A stretch of 64,000 nucleotides of DNA from an uncultured Lentisphaerales bacterium (GTDB lineage Bacteria; Verrucomicrobiota; Lentisphaeria; JABSQK01; UBA12247). Shown here in pieces: positions 23,495 through 33,069 of this stretch. The stretch covers positions 64,001 to 128,000 of the forward strand of contig CALSSJ010000018.1 in assembly GCA_943788985.1 (NCBI GenBank). The letters run 5' to 3'. The notes beneath the pieces are model-generated. The model saw only the letters and a program-made list of their open reading frames with translations, was not told where the DNA came from and did no database searches. Every line of letters begins with the position of its first letter. Position 1 is the stretch's first letter. Both the position numbers and the translations under genes were made by a program.

Positions 23495-24459
23495 AGACGC
23501 GATCAGAGCTGTGGGCCACCCTGGTGCTCATTCCCATCGTCTTGCTCGCGGTCTATCCGTTCGTCTGGATGTTCTTCTCCAGCTTCAAGTCCAATAACGA
23601 GATCTACAAACCCACGCAGCTATTGCCTCAGGACCACTCGTTTGACCTGCAGTACGTCGACCAGCTACTGTCGTGGCACAAAGACGAGGCCGACCTGCTG
23701 AAAGCCCAGGCGGCTGCCATCCGCAGCCGCACGCAGTCGCTAGCCTACGATAGTGAGGCCTTTGCAGCCCTCATCGAGCAGGCGGACGTGATCGAAGGCC
23801 AGGCCCTTGCGGTCAAGCGTGACGACCTCTTCGATTTCAGAACTGCCTTTTGCAATTCACTCCTGATCGCCGTATTGCAGGCCTTCGGAGCCGTGGTCCT
23901 GTGTGCCTGCGCTGGTTTCGTCTTCGGAAAGTACAGCTTCAAGGGCAAAACCTGTCTTCTGGGCGTGGCGTTGCTGACCATCCTCATCCCGCGGCAGGTC
24001 ATCGCCCTACCGTTGTCGGAGTGGCTTATCCAGCTCCAGCTCTACGACAGCTTATGGGCCATAATTTTGCCCGGGACTGTCACCGGAATTGGCCTGCTAT
24101 TCTTTGCTAAAATGTTCAGACAGGTGCCCGAGGAGCTACTGGAAGTCGCGCGCACCGAAGGCGCCAGCGAACTCCGGGTGTTCTTCACGGTGCTGCCGCT
24201 GGTCAAGTCCTCATTACTGACCTTTGCCTTTATTCAGTTCACCATGGCCTGGCACGAACATCTGATGCCGCTGCTGATGCTCGAGTCGGACAACGAGACT
24301 TTACCGTTAGCCCTGAGCAGCTTGCTCAGCAGCAGCTTACGCTTCCCGAGAGCCGTGGTCATGGCAGGCGGCTTTTTCATGATTGTTCCCACCATCCTGC
24401 TATTCATCTTCCTCTACCGGCAGATCAAGTCCTCCCTGTCAGAGCTGATCCTGCACTGA
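23491..24459 (+). CDS. Carbohydrate ABC transporter permease (MalG-like) with a helical insertion
   Basis: YPFVWMFFSSFK, NSLLIA, VPEELLEVARTEGAS. Confidence 0.92.
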   Translation: MKTRSELWATLVLIPIVLLAVYPFVWMFFSSFKSNNEIYKPTQLLPQDHSFDLQYVDQLLSWHKDEADLLKAQAAAIRSRTQSLAYDSEAFAALIEQADVIEGQALAVKRDDLFDFRTAFCNSLLIAVLQAFGAVVLCACAGFVFGKYSFKGKTCLLGVALLTILIPRQVIALPLSEWLIQLQLYDSLWAIILPGTVTGIGLLFFAKMFRQVPEELLEVARTEGASELRVFFTVLPLVKSSLLTFAFIQFTMAWHEHLMPLLMLESDNETLPLALSSLLSSSLRFPRAVVMAGGFFMIVPTILLFIFLYRQIKSSLSELILH

Positions 24460-24474
24460 CAGATAATGCCCCGA

Positions 24475-24606
24475 TGACGCCCGACCAGCAGTAACACCGT
24501 CCGGCGTCAACACAGTCATGAGGTCGTCGGGCGTCACCAAGTCATCAAGTCAGCCCGTCCTGCTCTTACGTGGCCACGCCACGCGGAGTGGCGGAGTGGC
24601 GGAGTG
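24475..24606. repeat. 11-bp inverted repeat plus (GCGGAGTG)x3 between convergent genes
   Basis: TGACGCCCGAC 24475-24485 / GTCGGGCGTCA 24526-24536; tandem octamer 24583-24606. Confidence 0.6.
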
Positions 24607-24631
24607 GAATGGGACTGCGTGAGGCCCCTAC

Positions 24632-25333
24632 TTACTCGGTGGCTTCTGGTTCAGACTCGGTTGTAAATCCGAATTCTGAGGAGATATAGGCGACGACATC
24701 AAGGAGTGCGCGATCGTCGAGGCTGGACAACTGCTCCGCCATGAGGCGCCCCTCTCCGTCATCTGGATGCACCCCGCGACGTCCATTTTTAAAATGGCGC
24801 AGCTGAGAAATCAGGTACCAGTCTTCACACACTGCGAGCGAGCCCGTCTTGAACTCCGCTGATCCTGCCGCACGTGGCCCGTGACAGGGCAGACAATTGC
24901 CTTCGTAGATGACCTTGCCCTTGGTGGCATCGCCCTTGACGCTGGGCTGATAAGGTTGGGGCGGGAGGCTGGCAAGATAGTCTGCGATGCGCTCGAGGTC
25001 TGCTGTCGCTAGCTCATCGCTGGCTGCTCCCATCAGGGCCTCTTGGCGATGAGCCGAGTTTCTCCCGCGCTGGCCCTGCTTGAATTTCTGCAACTGCCGC
25101 AACAGGTAATGGCTTTGCTGCCCATCAAGAATTGGTCCCCGTTGGACTTCTCGGTTGCTGTGGCAGAGCAGGCAATCCTGGTAGAGAGACGAGGTCGTTC
25201 GAGGGGCAGGGGAGGGGAACTGTGTACAGCCGACGAGCAGACAGCCCACCAGCAAGAGCACTGTGGCTTGTGCTTGTGGATGGTGGCGCCGCCGCGTTGC
25301 GGAGTCCGCACAGGGCAAGGCTCCTCGCACCAT
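24632..25333 (-). CDS. Diheme cytochrome c (c4-like), probable lipoprotein
   Basis: CLLCH and CLPCH, P.L.GQ..YL.RQL.KFK.G.R, WYLISQL..FK.G.RG, distal Met in each domain; LVGC lipobox; start uncertain. Confidence 0.85.
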   Translation of the reverse strand: MVRGALPCADSATRRRHHPQAQATVLLLVGCLLVGCTQFPSPAPRTTSSLYQDCLLCHSNREVQRGPILDGQQSHYLLRQLQKFKQGQRGRNSAHRQEALMGAASDELATADLERIADYLASLPPQPYQPSVKGDATKGKVIYEGNCLPCHGPRAAGSAEFKTGSLAVCEDWYLISQLRHFKNGRRGVHPDDGEGRLMAEQLSSLDDRALLDVVAYISSEFGFTTESEPEATE

Positions 25334-25355
25334 GAGCTGGCGGGTGAGAACTGGC

Positions 25356-26897
25356 CTATTCAATTGAAGGTCTCTGGGTGCGATACTCGTCTTCGCAAGC
25401 CTGCCATTGAGCGCGCATTTCCTGGCATTTATTTGGCATCTGACTGGACTGATCAACCATTTCGCAACGGTCAGTCGAAAGGTCGTAGAGGGCCCAGGAA
25501 TTGTCGCTGGCACCCTGGTCGACGAGCGATTCGTTCACCAGTTTCCAGTCGCCCACTCGCAGAGCCCGGTTGCCTGCGTGGTGAAAATAGATATGATCGC
25601 GTGTCACGCTGCCGTCTTGTGCGAACGTGGGGACCAGGCTCTTGCCGGGCAGCGTCGGAGCCCCAGCCGGGATGGGAATTTCCGCTGGGTCGACGCCAGC
25701 CAACTCGAGAATGGTCGGCAGAAAGTCAATCACATGGCCCATGTCGTGGCGCAATGCGCCGCGTGCCTTGATCCCGTTCGGCCAAGACGCTACCAGTGCT
25801 GTAGACACGCCGCCTTCATGTACCCAGATCTTATGCCGCCGGAAGGGGGCATTGCTGCAGGTCGACCAGCCAGGCCCAAGACACAGGTGGCTCATTTCCG
25901 AGCCCGCAGGTACACTTGGATCATGGCCTTGGCCACGGATCATCATCTCCGCGCTGGCGCCATTGTCCGACAAAAACAGCACCAGCGTATCCTCACGCAC
26001 AGCCATCGCCTCAAGCTGGTTCAGCAGCCGCCCGATCTCTCGATCCGTCCGATCGACCATGGCCGCATGAATGGCCATCTTGGTCGCTTGGAATCGCTTT
26101 TGCTCGGCGCTCAGCGAATCCCACGGGACGGCATACTCGATTTCACCGGGCCCGTACTGGTCGTCCCACTCGTCCTTGCCGGCTAGATAGTGCGGTGCGG
26201 GTACATCTGGCTCGCGTGCCGAGAGATCACAGTTGACGATCCCCAGCGCGCGCAGGCGCTGCCAGCGCCGTTCGCGCATGACATCCCAGCCTTCTTCATA
26301 CCGGTCCATATAGTTGTCGATGTCTTCCTGTTCCGCCTGAACTGGAAAGTGGGGTGTGGTGTAGCAGACGTAATGAAAGAAGGGCGTTTCTGCGTGGCGA
26401 GCATGATGCTCCTCCAAGCATTCCAGAGCGTGGTCGGTAATCGCGGTCGCCGAAAACTTCGTGCCGCCATCCTCCTGATGGAAGAAATGACCGTATTGCT
26501 CGATAGTGCCCCCGGAGCTTTTGTCGAAGCCGCCATCCCGTTCGGGATCCTTCGTATTGTGCATGTGCCACTTGCCGGAGTGATAGCTGCGGTAGCCGCA
26601 CGGGTCGAGATGCTGGGGGAGCAACTGCTGCCACGGCGGGCGATATCCCGTGGGCGGATCCATGCAGACCTGTGGCGGATAGTAGCCGGTCAAGATCCCC
26701 GCGCGGGACGGCCAGCAGCGACCAGTATTGTAAAACTGCGTGAAGCGCACGCCGGACGAGGCCAGGCGGTCCACGTTGGGCGTTTCGATTTCGCCGCCAT
26801 AACAGCCGGGATCGGAGTAGCCCATATCATCCATCACCACCAGCATGATGTTCGGGCGTCGGCCTGCCAATGATTCTGTTGGACTTGGCGTCGTCAT
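25356..26897 (-). CDS. Arylsulfatase
   Basis: RPNIMLVVMDDMGYSD, CWPSR, SGKWH, FLSDNG, HEGG. Confidence 0.95.
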   Translation of the reverse strand: MTTPSPTESLAGRRPNIMLVVMDDMGYSDPGCYGGEIETPNVDRLASSGVRFTQFYNTGRCWPSRAGILTGYYPPQVCMDPPTGYRPPWQQLLPQHLDPCGYRSYHSGKWHMHNTKDPERDGGFDKSSGGTIEQYGHFFHQEDGGTKFSATAITDHALECLEEHHARHAETPFFHYVCYTTPHFPVQAEQEDIDNYMDRYEEGWDVMRERRWQRLRALGIVNCDLSAREPDVPAPHYLAGKDEWDDQYGPGEIEYAVPWDSLSAEQKRFQATKMAIHAAMVDRTDREIGRLLNQLEAMAVREDTLVLFLSDNGASAEMMIRGQGHDPSVPAGSEMSHLCLGPGWSTCSNAPFRRHKIWVHEGGVSTALVASWPNGIKARGALRHDMGHVIDFLPTILELAGVDPAEIPIPAGAPTLPGKSLVPTFAQDGSVTRDHIYFHHAGNRALRVGDWKLVNESLVDQGASDNSWALYDLSTDRCEMVDQSSQMPNKCQEMRAQWQACEDEYRTQRPSIE

Positions 26898-27022
26898 GAT
26901 ATGGGTTCCTTTGGTGTCGCTTATTGTCGCCACATCAGTCGTGCGACAGAGATACCGCGCCGCGCTATTGGCCCCTTTTGGGATTCACGGCAAGATGAGC
27001 ACAGAAATCAAGGAAACTATAG

Positions 27023-27360
27023 ATGATAAAACGACTCTCACTTACCTGCGCCAGCCTGATTTGCGCTGTGATGCTCTTCCCGCAGTTCGTCAACGCCCTC
27101 GACAGCCCTGCCACCACACTCGCCATTGGCGGGGCTAAAATGCCGGCATATCCTGATGGCCAGAACCTCTTCGGTAAGGACTACAAAGTGGTTGACTCCG
27201 CCTTCAGCGCCCGCGACAGCTGTGACTATACTATCGACCGTATTCGCACCGTTCGCACTGAGACGTTCCGTTACCTGCGCAATTGCTTTCCCGACTGGCC
27301 CCTGTTGCAAGTGCAATATTGGGACAAGCGCCCCGAGGTTGTTGACATGCCCGCCCACAG
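27023..27360 (+). pseudogene. Sulfatase remnant (signal peptide fused to C-terminal portion)
   Basis: DGQNLFG, FSARD.CDYTIDRIRTVRT..FRYLRN; no catalytic CxPxR. Confidence 0.7.
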
Positions 27361-27421
27361 ATCCACCGGCTATTGCCGCGGCGGTCTGTGGGCACGGGAC
27401 GATCGGTTGGGGGAGCCATGA

Positions 27422-28090
27422 TCATTGCTGTGGGTTCAGGGGGGCGCTTTTAAGGAGCGCAGGAATCTCAGTAATAGATCCGAGAACTCGGTCGGCAGCC
27501 GCCCAGTCGGCATTCTCAGTCAACGTCAACGTGCTGGGGATAACCCAGCAGCGCAGCCCGGCAGCCGTCGCAGCCGCCAGGCCGCGTGGCGAATCCTCGA
27601 TCACCAAAGCGCTCGCTGGGGGGCAACCACTGCGCCTAAGGGCTAACAGATACGACTCTGGATCTGGCTTCGACTGCGCATAGTCCTCGCGCACGAGCAC
27701 AAACTCAAAGAAGCGGCGAAACCCGGTCGTCTCGTGAATGGCCTCAAAATGCTCACCACGGGAACTGGTTACCACCGCCATGCGCGTGCTGGGATACAGA
27801 GCCGCCAGCACTGCCTCAGCGCCTGGGCAGACCGTCGAATTCGCGTGGAGTAGTTCGGTATACCGGGCATTGCGCCGCAAGCGCTGTGCCTCGAGCCAGT
27901 TCAAGTCGGCAGCGCAGTCGCCAAGCAGATGCCAGGCACCTCGGTTGTCACGCAGGTAGGTCTCTTCGTAGTCTTGGCGGCTCAGCGTCACGCCCAGCTC
28001 TGCAAACACTTCGCAGGTCGCCTGGAAGTACAGCGGCTCAGTTTCCACCAGAACCCCGTCGTTGTCCCAAAATATCATTTCAATAGCCAT
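27422..28090 (-). CDS. HAD-family phosphatase (beta-phosphoglucomutase-like)
   Basis: WDNDGVLVETE, VVTSS, SKPDPE, IEDSPRG. Confidence 0.9.
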   Translation of the reverse strand: MAIEMIFWDNDGVLVETEPLYFQATCEVFAELGVTLSRQDYEETYLRDNRGAWHLLGDCAADLNWLEAQRLRRNARYTELLHANSTVCPGAEAVLAALYPSTRMAVVTSSRGEHFEAIHETTGFRRFFEFVLVREDYAQSKPDPESYLLALRRSGCPPASALVIEDSPRGLAAATAAGLRCWVIPSTLTLTENADWAAADRVLGSITEIPALLKSAPLNPQQ

Positions 28091-28337
28091 GTTCACACCG
28101 TAGCGGCTTGCGAACCCCCGACCACCGAGCCACGTCGGCAATTCGAGCCTGTTGGTGCAGTGTTTTCCTGTGCCTAAATCCTTTGTTGCCCATAGCCTGC
28201 TCCTTCGTGGCTAGGTTCATACCGCAATTCCTTCCGAACGCTCGCCGCCCATTCTCTTAGCAGCCCGTGGAAAAACTCACGGGGCTGTTGCTGGCAGGTA
28301 ACGTTTTGCGGAGACCGCAAAACCTGAAGTGTCTGTG

Positions 28338-29160
28338 ATGTGGAGGGAAGAGCACCTTTCGATCAGCCTATTGTTGGTGATTGTTGCGGTATTGCCGGTG
28401 CTGGCTGACGACGCAAGGAGCGGTCTTTCCGATGGGCGCCGCAAGACGTTTACGCTCCCCGGCCCCAATCAGGACGGCTGTCTCTAGCTCCGGCACGTGC
28501 ACAAGCGATTTCCCGAGATCGACCGGGGGGCGTTGGGTCGACTCTAGCTGCAGGCAGATAACTGATCGTTCATCAAGCTAGGAAATCTCCCAAAACGCAA
28601 CGGATCAGCGCTGCTCGTGACCTCCAACACCGGAGCCCGGGTGCGCGTGCGCACCCACGACCTCCACATTGATGATCGCGGCAGAGGGCGTCTAGCTCGG
28701 AAGTCCCCAGGACCAGCCGCAGTTCGCTGCGGCACCGAGTTGATGCAGATCGGCCAGCTGGGAGGAGACACTGAGATCCACCACAATGCTTTCCTGCTCA
28801 GCGTGCTTGCCCGGAAAGATCCGTTCCAGCGGTACCAAGGCATCTTTATTGGCGGTGTCGAAACCCTCCTCAGCTTGCAGCCGTAGGCCGTCGCCGGTGA
28901 TTCTCTCGAAGCAGCGGATCTCGGGCATATCCAGCACAACTACTACAGCGACGGGCGCAACCTCGCGGTCTAGATCGGGAACGGGAGCGATGGCTTTACT
29001 ACCTATCGGTTCGAGCACAACTGGTTCCGAGCTATGGACTTTTGCTACGCGGAGCTTGTGCCCGATTGGTCTGCGCCCGCGGAATTGATTCGGCTGCACG
29101 ACAGGCAAAATAATGCTGTGGAGCTGATTGAAAACAGCTGGCAAAATGGCTATGAGCGGC
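28338..29160 (+). pseudogene. Degraded secreted protein of uncertain family (possibly beta-helix)
   Basis: Signal-like N-terminus; protein-like text continues in one frame across five stops (28485, 28545, 28563, 28884, 28971). Confidence 0.5.
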
Positions 29161-29200
29161 CGGCAAGCAAGCGGGATGCTGTCCGGGAGAAGAAGAGTAG

Positions 29201-29251
29201 CACAGAAAAGAAAGCGCCGGCATTGCCTTTCGAGACGCGGGCTTTTCTGTG
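29201..29251. terminator. Possible bidirectional terminator-like hairpin
   Basis: CACAGAAAAG / CTTTTCTGTG arms around an imperfect GC stem. Confidence 0.3.
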
Positions 29252-29754
29252 GATTTTGATTGGCTCTTCTGCCGCGAAGCTGTCAGGGATATTGCGTTCA
29301 AGCTTCAGACTCTCAAGGCTTGCCGCGGGCTGGCATGGTCTAGTGTCGGCACGAGCAGAGGTCGTCTGGTGCGAGGCAACGATCTCGCGGGCGATTCTCC
29401 TGAGCGCAACGCACCTGCAGATCGCCGGGGGCAGCCAGCACAATGAAATTGCCGCTGAGAGCACCGCGCCGCTCTTCAGAAACGCAGTCTTTGAAGAAGG
29501 CGTCGGCGCTGGTGCCAAACAGTGATGCTGTAATCTATCTTGCTGTTTGACTGAATGATCAGATGACACGGTAATTGACATGGTTGACGCGGTAGGACCA
29601 TCACCGAGTCACCAGGCCATCAAGTCATCCAGTGATAAGGTCAGTTGCCGGCAGTTGAACAACGCATGGGGGCGCAGTTCTACGCATCGTTATGTTGTGT
29701 TGCAGAGTCAGCCGTGTAATACGGGAAACTTGTTCTCAATCATCCGTAGGGCCC

Positions 29755-30720
29755 ATGATGCAAAACCGATTTCTTTATTCCGCGCTTTTGGCGGCTCTCC
29801 TGTTCTCGCTGTGCGTATCGCAGGTTTGTGCAAATCCAGACATGCTTCCTAAGATCGATCAGGCGCTGGCTGGGCTAAAAACAAAGGTAGAGGTGAAAGC
29901 ACCGTACAAGGTGCTGGTGTACCATCAGGCTTCTGGGTATAAGCACCCTTCCATCCCAACCATCAATACCTGCTTTCAGCGCATGGGCGAAGTCACGGGT
30001 GCCTTCAGTGCGGACCTGAGCGGCGACGCGGCAGAACTGACGGCTGAGAAGCTGAAGGGATACGACTTGGTGATTTTTAATAACACGACGAAGATTCAAA
30101 AGGTGTTTACGACGCCGGAGCATAGGGCAGCGCTGTTGGATTATGTGCGAAATGGGGGCGGCCTCGTGGCGATTCATGCTGCCACGGATGCTGGGTTCCC
30201 GCAGTGGCCGGAGTACACGAAGATGGTAGGCGGTGTCTTCGACGGCCACCCTTGGACGGCCAACGGCACGTGGGGGATTCGCATCGAAGACCCGAAGCAT
30301 TGCTGCATGGATCATCTGAATGGCGAAAGCTTCACGCTGAAGGATGAGTTGTACAAGTTCAAGGAATACGATCGCGTGAATCAGCGCGTGCTGGCGACAG
30401 TAGATACACAGGTGTCGCCGAAGGGGGCTAAACAGCGCACGGACAACGATCATGCGCTGGCTTGGCTGCGCGAGTATGGCAAGGGCAAGGTATTTGTCTC
30501 GGCATTCGGGCACAATCACTCGATTTGCTGGGATCAGCGTATTTTGCAGATGTGGCTGAACGGGATTCAGTTTGCTGCTGGGGATCTAGCCTGCGAGACC
30601 GAGGCGCTGGTGCGGCCAGAGTGGCAGAAGGAGCCAACGCCGGAGGTTAAGGAAGAACCGAAGAAAGCTAAGAAGCGGCGCAAGAAGCCAGCTCAAGGCA
30701 GGAAGAAGGCTAACCAGTAA
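29755..30720 (+). CDS. Secreted ThuA domain protein
   Basis: Signal peptide; KVLVY..GYKH, YDLVIFNNT, GGGLVAIHAA, DELY, GKGKVF...GHN; Lys-rich tail. Confidence 0.88.
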   Translation: MMQNRFLYSALLAALLFSLCVSQVCANPDMLPKIDQALAGLKTKVEVKAPYKVLVYHQASGYKHPSIPTINTCFQRMGEVTGAFSADLSGDAAELTAEKLKGYDLVIFNNTTKIQKVFTTPEHRAALLDYVRNGGGLVAIHAATDAGFPQWPEYTKMVGGVFDGHPWTANGTWGIRIEDPKHCCMDHLNGESFTLKDELYKFKEYDRVNQRVLATVDTQVSPKGAKQRTDNDHALAWLREYGKGKVFVSAFGHNHSICWDQRILQMWLNGIQFAAGDLACETEALVRPEWQKEPTPEVKEEPKKAKKRRKKPAQGRKKANQ

Positions 30721-30979
30721 GCTCCCGCGCGGTGTGTCGGACCTAGCGTCGCCAGCTGCAAAACCGTCTCCACCTGCGCAGTTTGCCAGCGATTCCGGTT
30801 CCGGATTCGCGTCGTGTGCGCTTCAATCGTTTGAATTCTGTGCGAAATCGATACAATATTGGCTTCGGGGATCTCAATCCGACAGGCTTCTCGCCTGCGT
30901 TATTCACACTAATCTACTACGAGCGCCTGATGCATTCACTCTCAGCAATTGACGTTGCTTGCCTGCTTCAGCATCTGTG

Positions 30980-31778
30980 ATGAGCGTTTCCTACCAGGCA
31001 ACTCAAGATCATGTCGGCATGGTGCGACGGCTGCGCCGCGGGATCAATGGTCTAGGGGCACGCTGCCGTTGCTGCTTCTGCGAGACAAGCTTTTGGAAGT
31101 TCTCGAAATATCGAGGTGGCTGGGAAGCGGTTTCTTCGTATCTGCGCGAGCTGGATTGGGTGAGCAGTGAATTCGATCATTTCTGGTGCCCGTTTTGTCG
31201 TAGTCATGATCGCGAACGGCACTTGAAGTACTTTTTTGATGCGCTCGATTTCTGGCGTCGTTTTGAGGGGGCAGTAGTGCTGCATCTGGCACCGGAGAAG
31301 CACTTGGGCCGTTGCATTGAGTCATGCGGGCCAGAGCGTTATTTGCAGGGGGACCTGGTGCCGGTGCGTGAGACGATCGAGGTAGTGGATGTGACAGATA
31401 TTCACGAGGAAGATGATAGTTTTTGACGTAGTGCTGTGTAATCACGTACTGGAGCATGTGCCTGAGGATGCGAAGGCGTTGGGAGAGTTGTTTCGGGTGC
31501 TAAAACCGGGCGGCGTGGCGATTCTGCAGACACCGTTTGCGGCGAAGCTCGGTAAGACGCGCGAGCGCGACCCCGAAGTTACGACAGAGGCGCAGTGCCT
31601 GGAGTTTTATGGCCAGGAGGATCATGTCCGCTTGTATGGCACGGACTTGATGGATCGGATTGGCGCGGCCGGCTTCGAGTTGGATTTGCAGACGCATGAT
31701 GCAGTGCTCCCGGAATTGGATTGTGGTGTGGCCGGTGTGAGCAGGAATGAGCGGTTAATTCTAGCGCGTAAGGCCTGA
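30980..31778 (+). CDS. Class I SAM-dependent methyltransferase with N-terminal Zn ribbon; one frameshift
   Basis: CPFCRSHDRER, VLHLAPE, then FDVVLCNHVLEHV, RVLKPGG, GQEDHVR; extra T in the run at 31420-31424. Confidence 0.8.
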
Positions 31779-31818
31779 GATTTTTTGATTTTCAAACGAA
31801 GAGACCGGCGAGGGCAAG

Positions 31819-33057
31819 ATGAAGAGAGTACCACTGGAAAGTTTAAATCGGCGTAGCTTTTTGAAGGTCGCCGGTACGGCGGCTGTCGGGCTGCCCAATA
31901 TCATTACGTCGAATGCGCTGGGCGCGAATGGCGTGCCGGCGGCGAGCGGGCGCATCGTCATGGCCGGGCTTGGCATGGGCGGAAGAGGGCAGGGCGTCTT
32001 GGGCGAGTTCCTGAACTTCAAAGAGATCCAGGTGGTGGCTGTCAATGATGTGCAGAAGAACAACCTGAAGGGCGCTGAGAAAAGGGTTAATGGCAAATAC
32101 GGCAACACCGATTGCGCAACGTACGAGGACTATCGTGAGGTACTGGCACGCAGCGATATCGACATGGTGTTCTGTGGCGCGCCGGATCACTGGCATGCCC
32201 AGATGATGGTGGATGCCTGCAAGGCTGGCAAAGATGTGATGTGCGAGAAGCCGCTGACTTTGACGATTGGCGAAGGACGTAAGATCGTGGATGCGGCGCG
32301 TCAATACGGTCGGATTGCCGCTGGCGGGAGTCAGCGTGTGCTGCAGGATTTTGGCCGCGCAGCCTGTGCGGCGAACAGCGGGCGGTTCGGCAAGGTGCTA
32401 TCGGCCAACGCCAATCCCGGCGGCCCACCTCGGCCTTGCTATCTACCAGGCCAACCTGTGCCGGACAATATCAACTGGGATCTTTGGTTGGGGCCAGCAC
32501 CTTGGGCCGAGTACCATGCGTATCGCTGTGGCCGGGCCTACAACTTGGGCGGCAAGGGATTTCGCACTTGGGAAGACTACTCTGGCGGGATGATGACGGA
32601 TTGGGGCGGCCACAAGTTCGGCGCAGCTCTGCATGGCTTGAAGGTGGATCACACGGGGCCTAGCGAGATTCGTCCGCCCAAGGATGGCGAGCCTCTGACT
32701 TACGTGTTTGCGGACGGGAAGACGCTCAAGGTGCAGGACGGGCCTGCCTTTGTCTGCGAGGACGGCAATGCTGAGAAGAATAGCATCCGCGATCTGAAGG
32801 TCCCAGCTGGGCTGCGCTGGTACTCAGGCGGGGCGAATTCGCTGGTGGGTGATTTCATTCACTGTGTCAAGACCCGGCAGTCTCCGTTTCGGGACGTGGA
32901 ATGGGCGCACCGCACGGCGACGGTTTGCCATCTGGGCAATATCGCGCTGAAACTGAAGCGCCCGCTGAAGTGGGATCCGGTGAAGGAAGATTTCATCGAT
33001 GATGCTGAAGCCAGCCGCATGGTCGACCGGCCTCGCCGCGGACCGTGGCAGATTTAA
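31819..33057 (+). CDS. Tat-exported Gfo/Idh/MocA oxidoreductase
   Basis: NRRSFLK, G.GGRG, PDHWH, CEKP, GSQR, WDLWLGPAP, DWGGH. Confidence 0.93.
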   Translation: MKRVPLESLNRRSFLKVAGTAAVGLPNIITSNALGANGVPAASGRIVMAGLGMGGRGQGVLGEFLNFKEIQVVAVNDVQKNNLKGAEKRVNGKYGNTDCATYEDYREVLARSDIDMVFCGAPDHWHAQMMVDACKAGKDVMCEKPLTLTIGEGRKIVDAARQYGRIAAGGSQRVLQDFGRAACAANSGRFGKVLSANANPGGPPRPCYLPGQPVPDNINWDLWLGPAPWAEYHAYRCGRAYNLGGKGFRTWEDYSGGMMTDWGGHKFGAALHGLKVDHTGPSEIRPPKDGEPLTYVFADGKTLKVQDGPAFVCEDGNAEKNSIRDLKVPAGLRWYSGGANSLVGDFIHCVKTRQSPFRDVEWAHRTATVCHLGNIALKLKRPLKWDPVKEDFIDDAEASRMVDRPRRGPWQI

Positions 33058-33069
33058 GGGAGAGGAAGA

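Noticed and set aside
24583..24606. GCGGAGTG x3 as a CRISPR or iteron array
   Set aside because: Only 24 bp, no spacers, no cas or rep gene
28338..29160. Genome-wide TAG reassignment
   Set aside because: Intact genes end at TAG (18241, 41644, 43105) and long genes have no internal TAG
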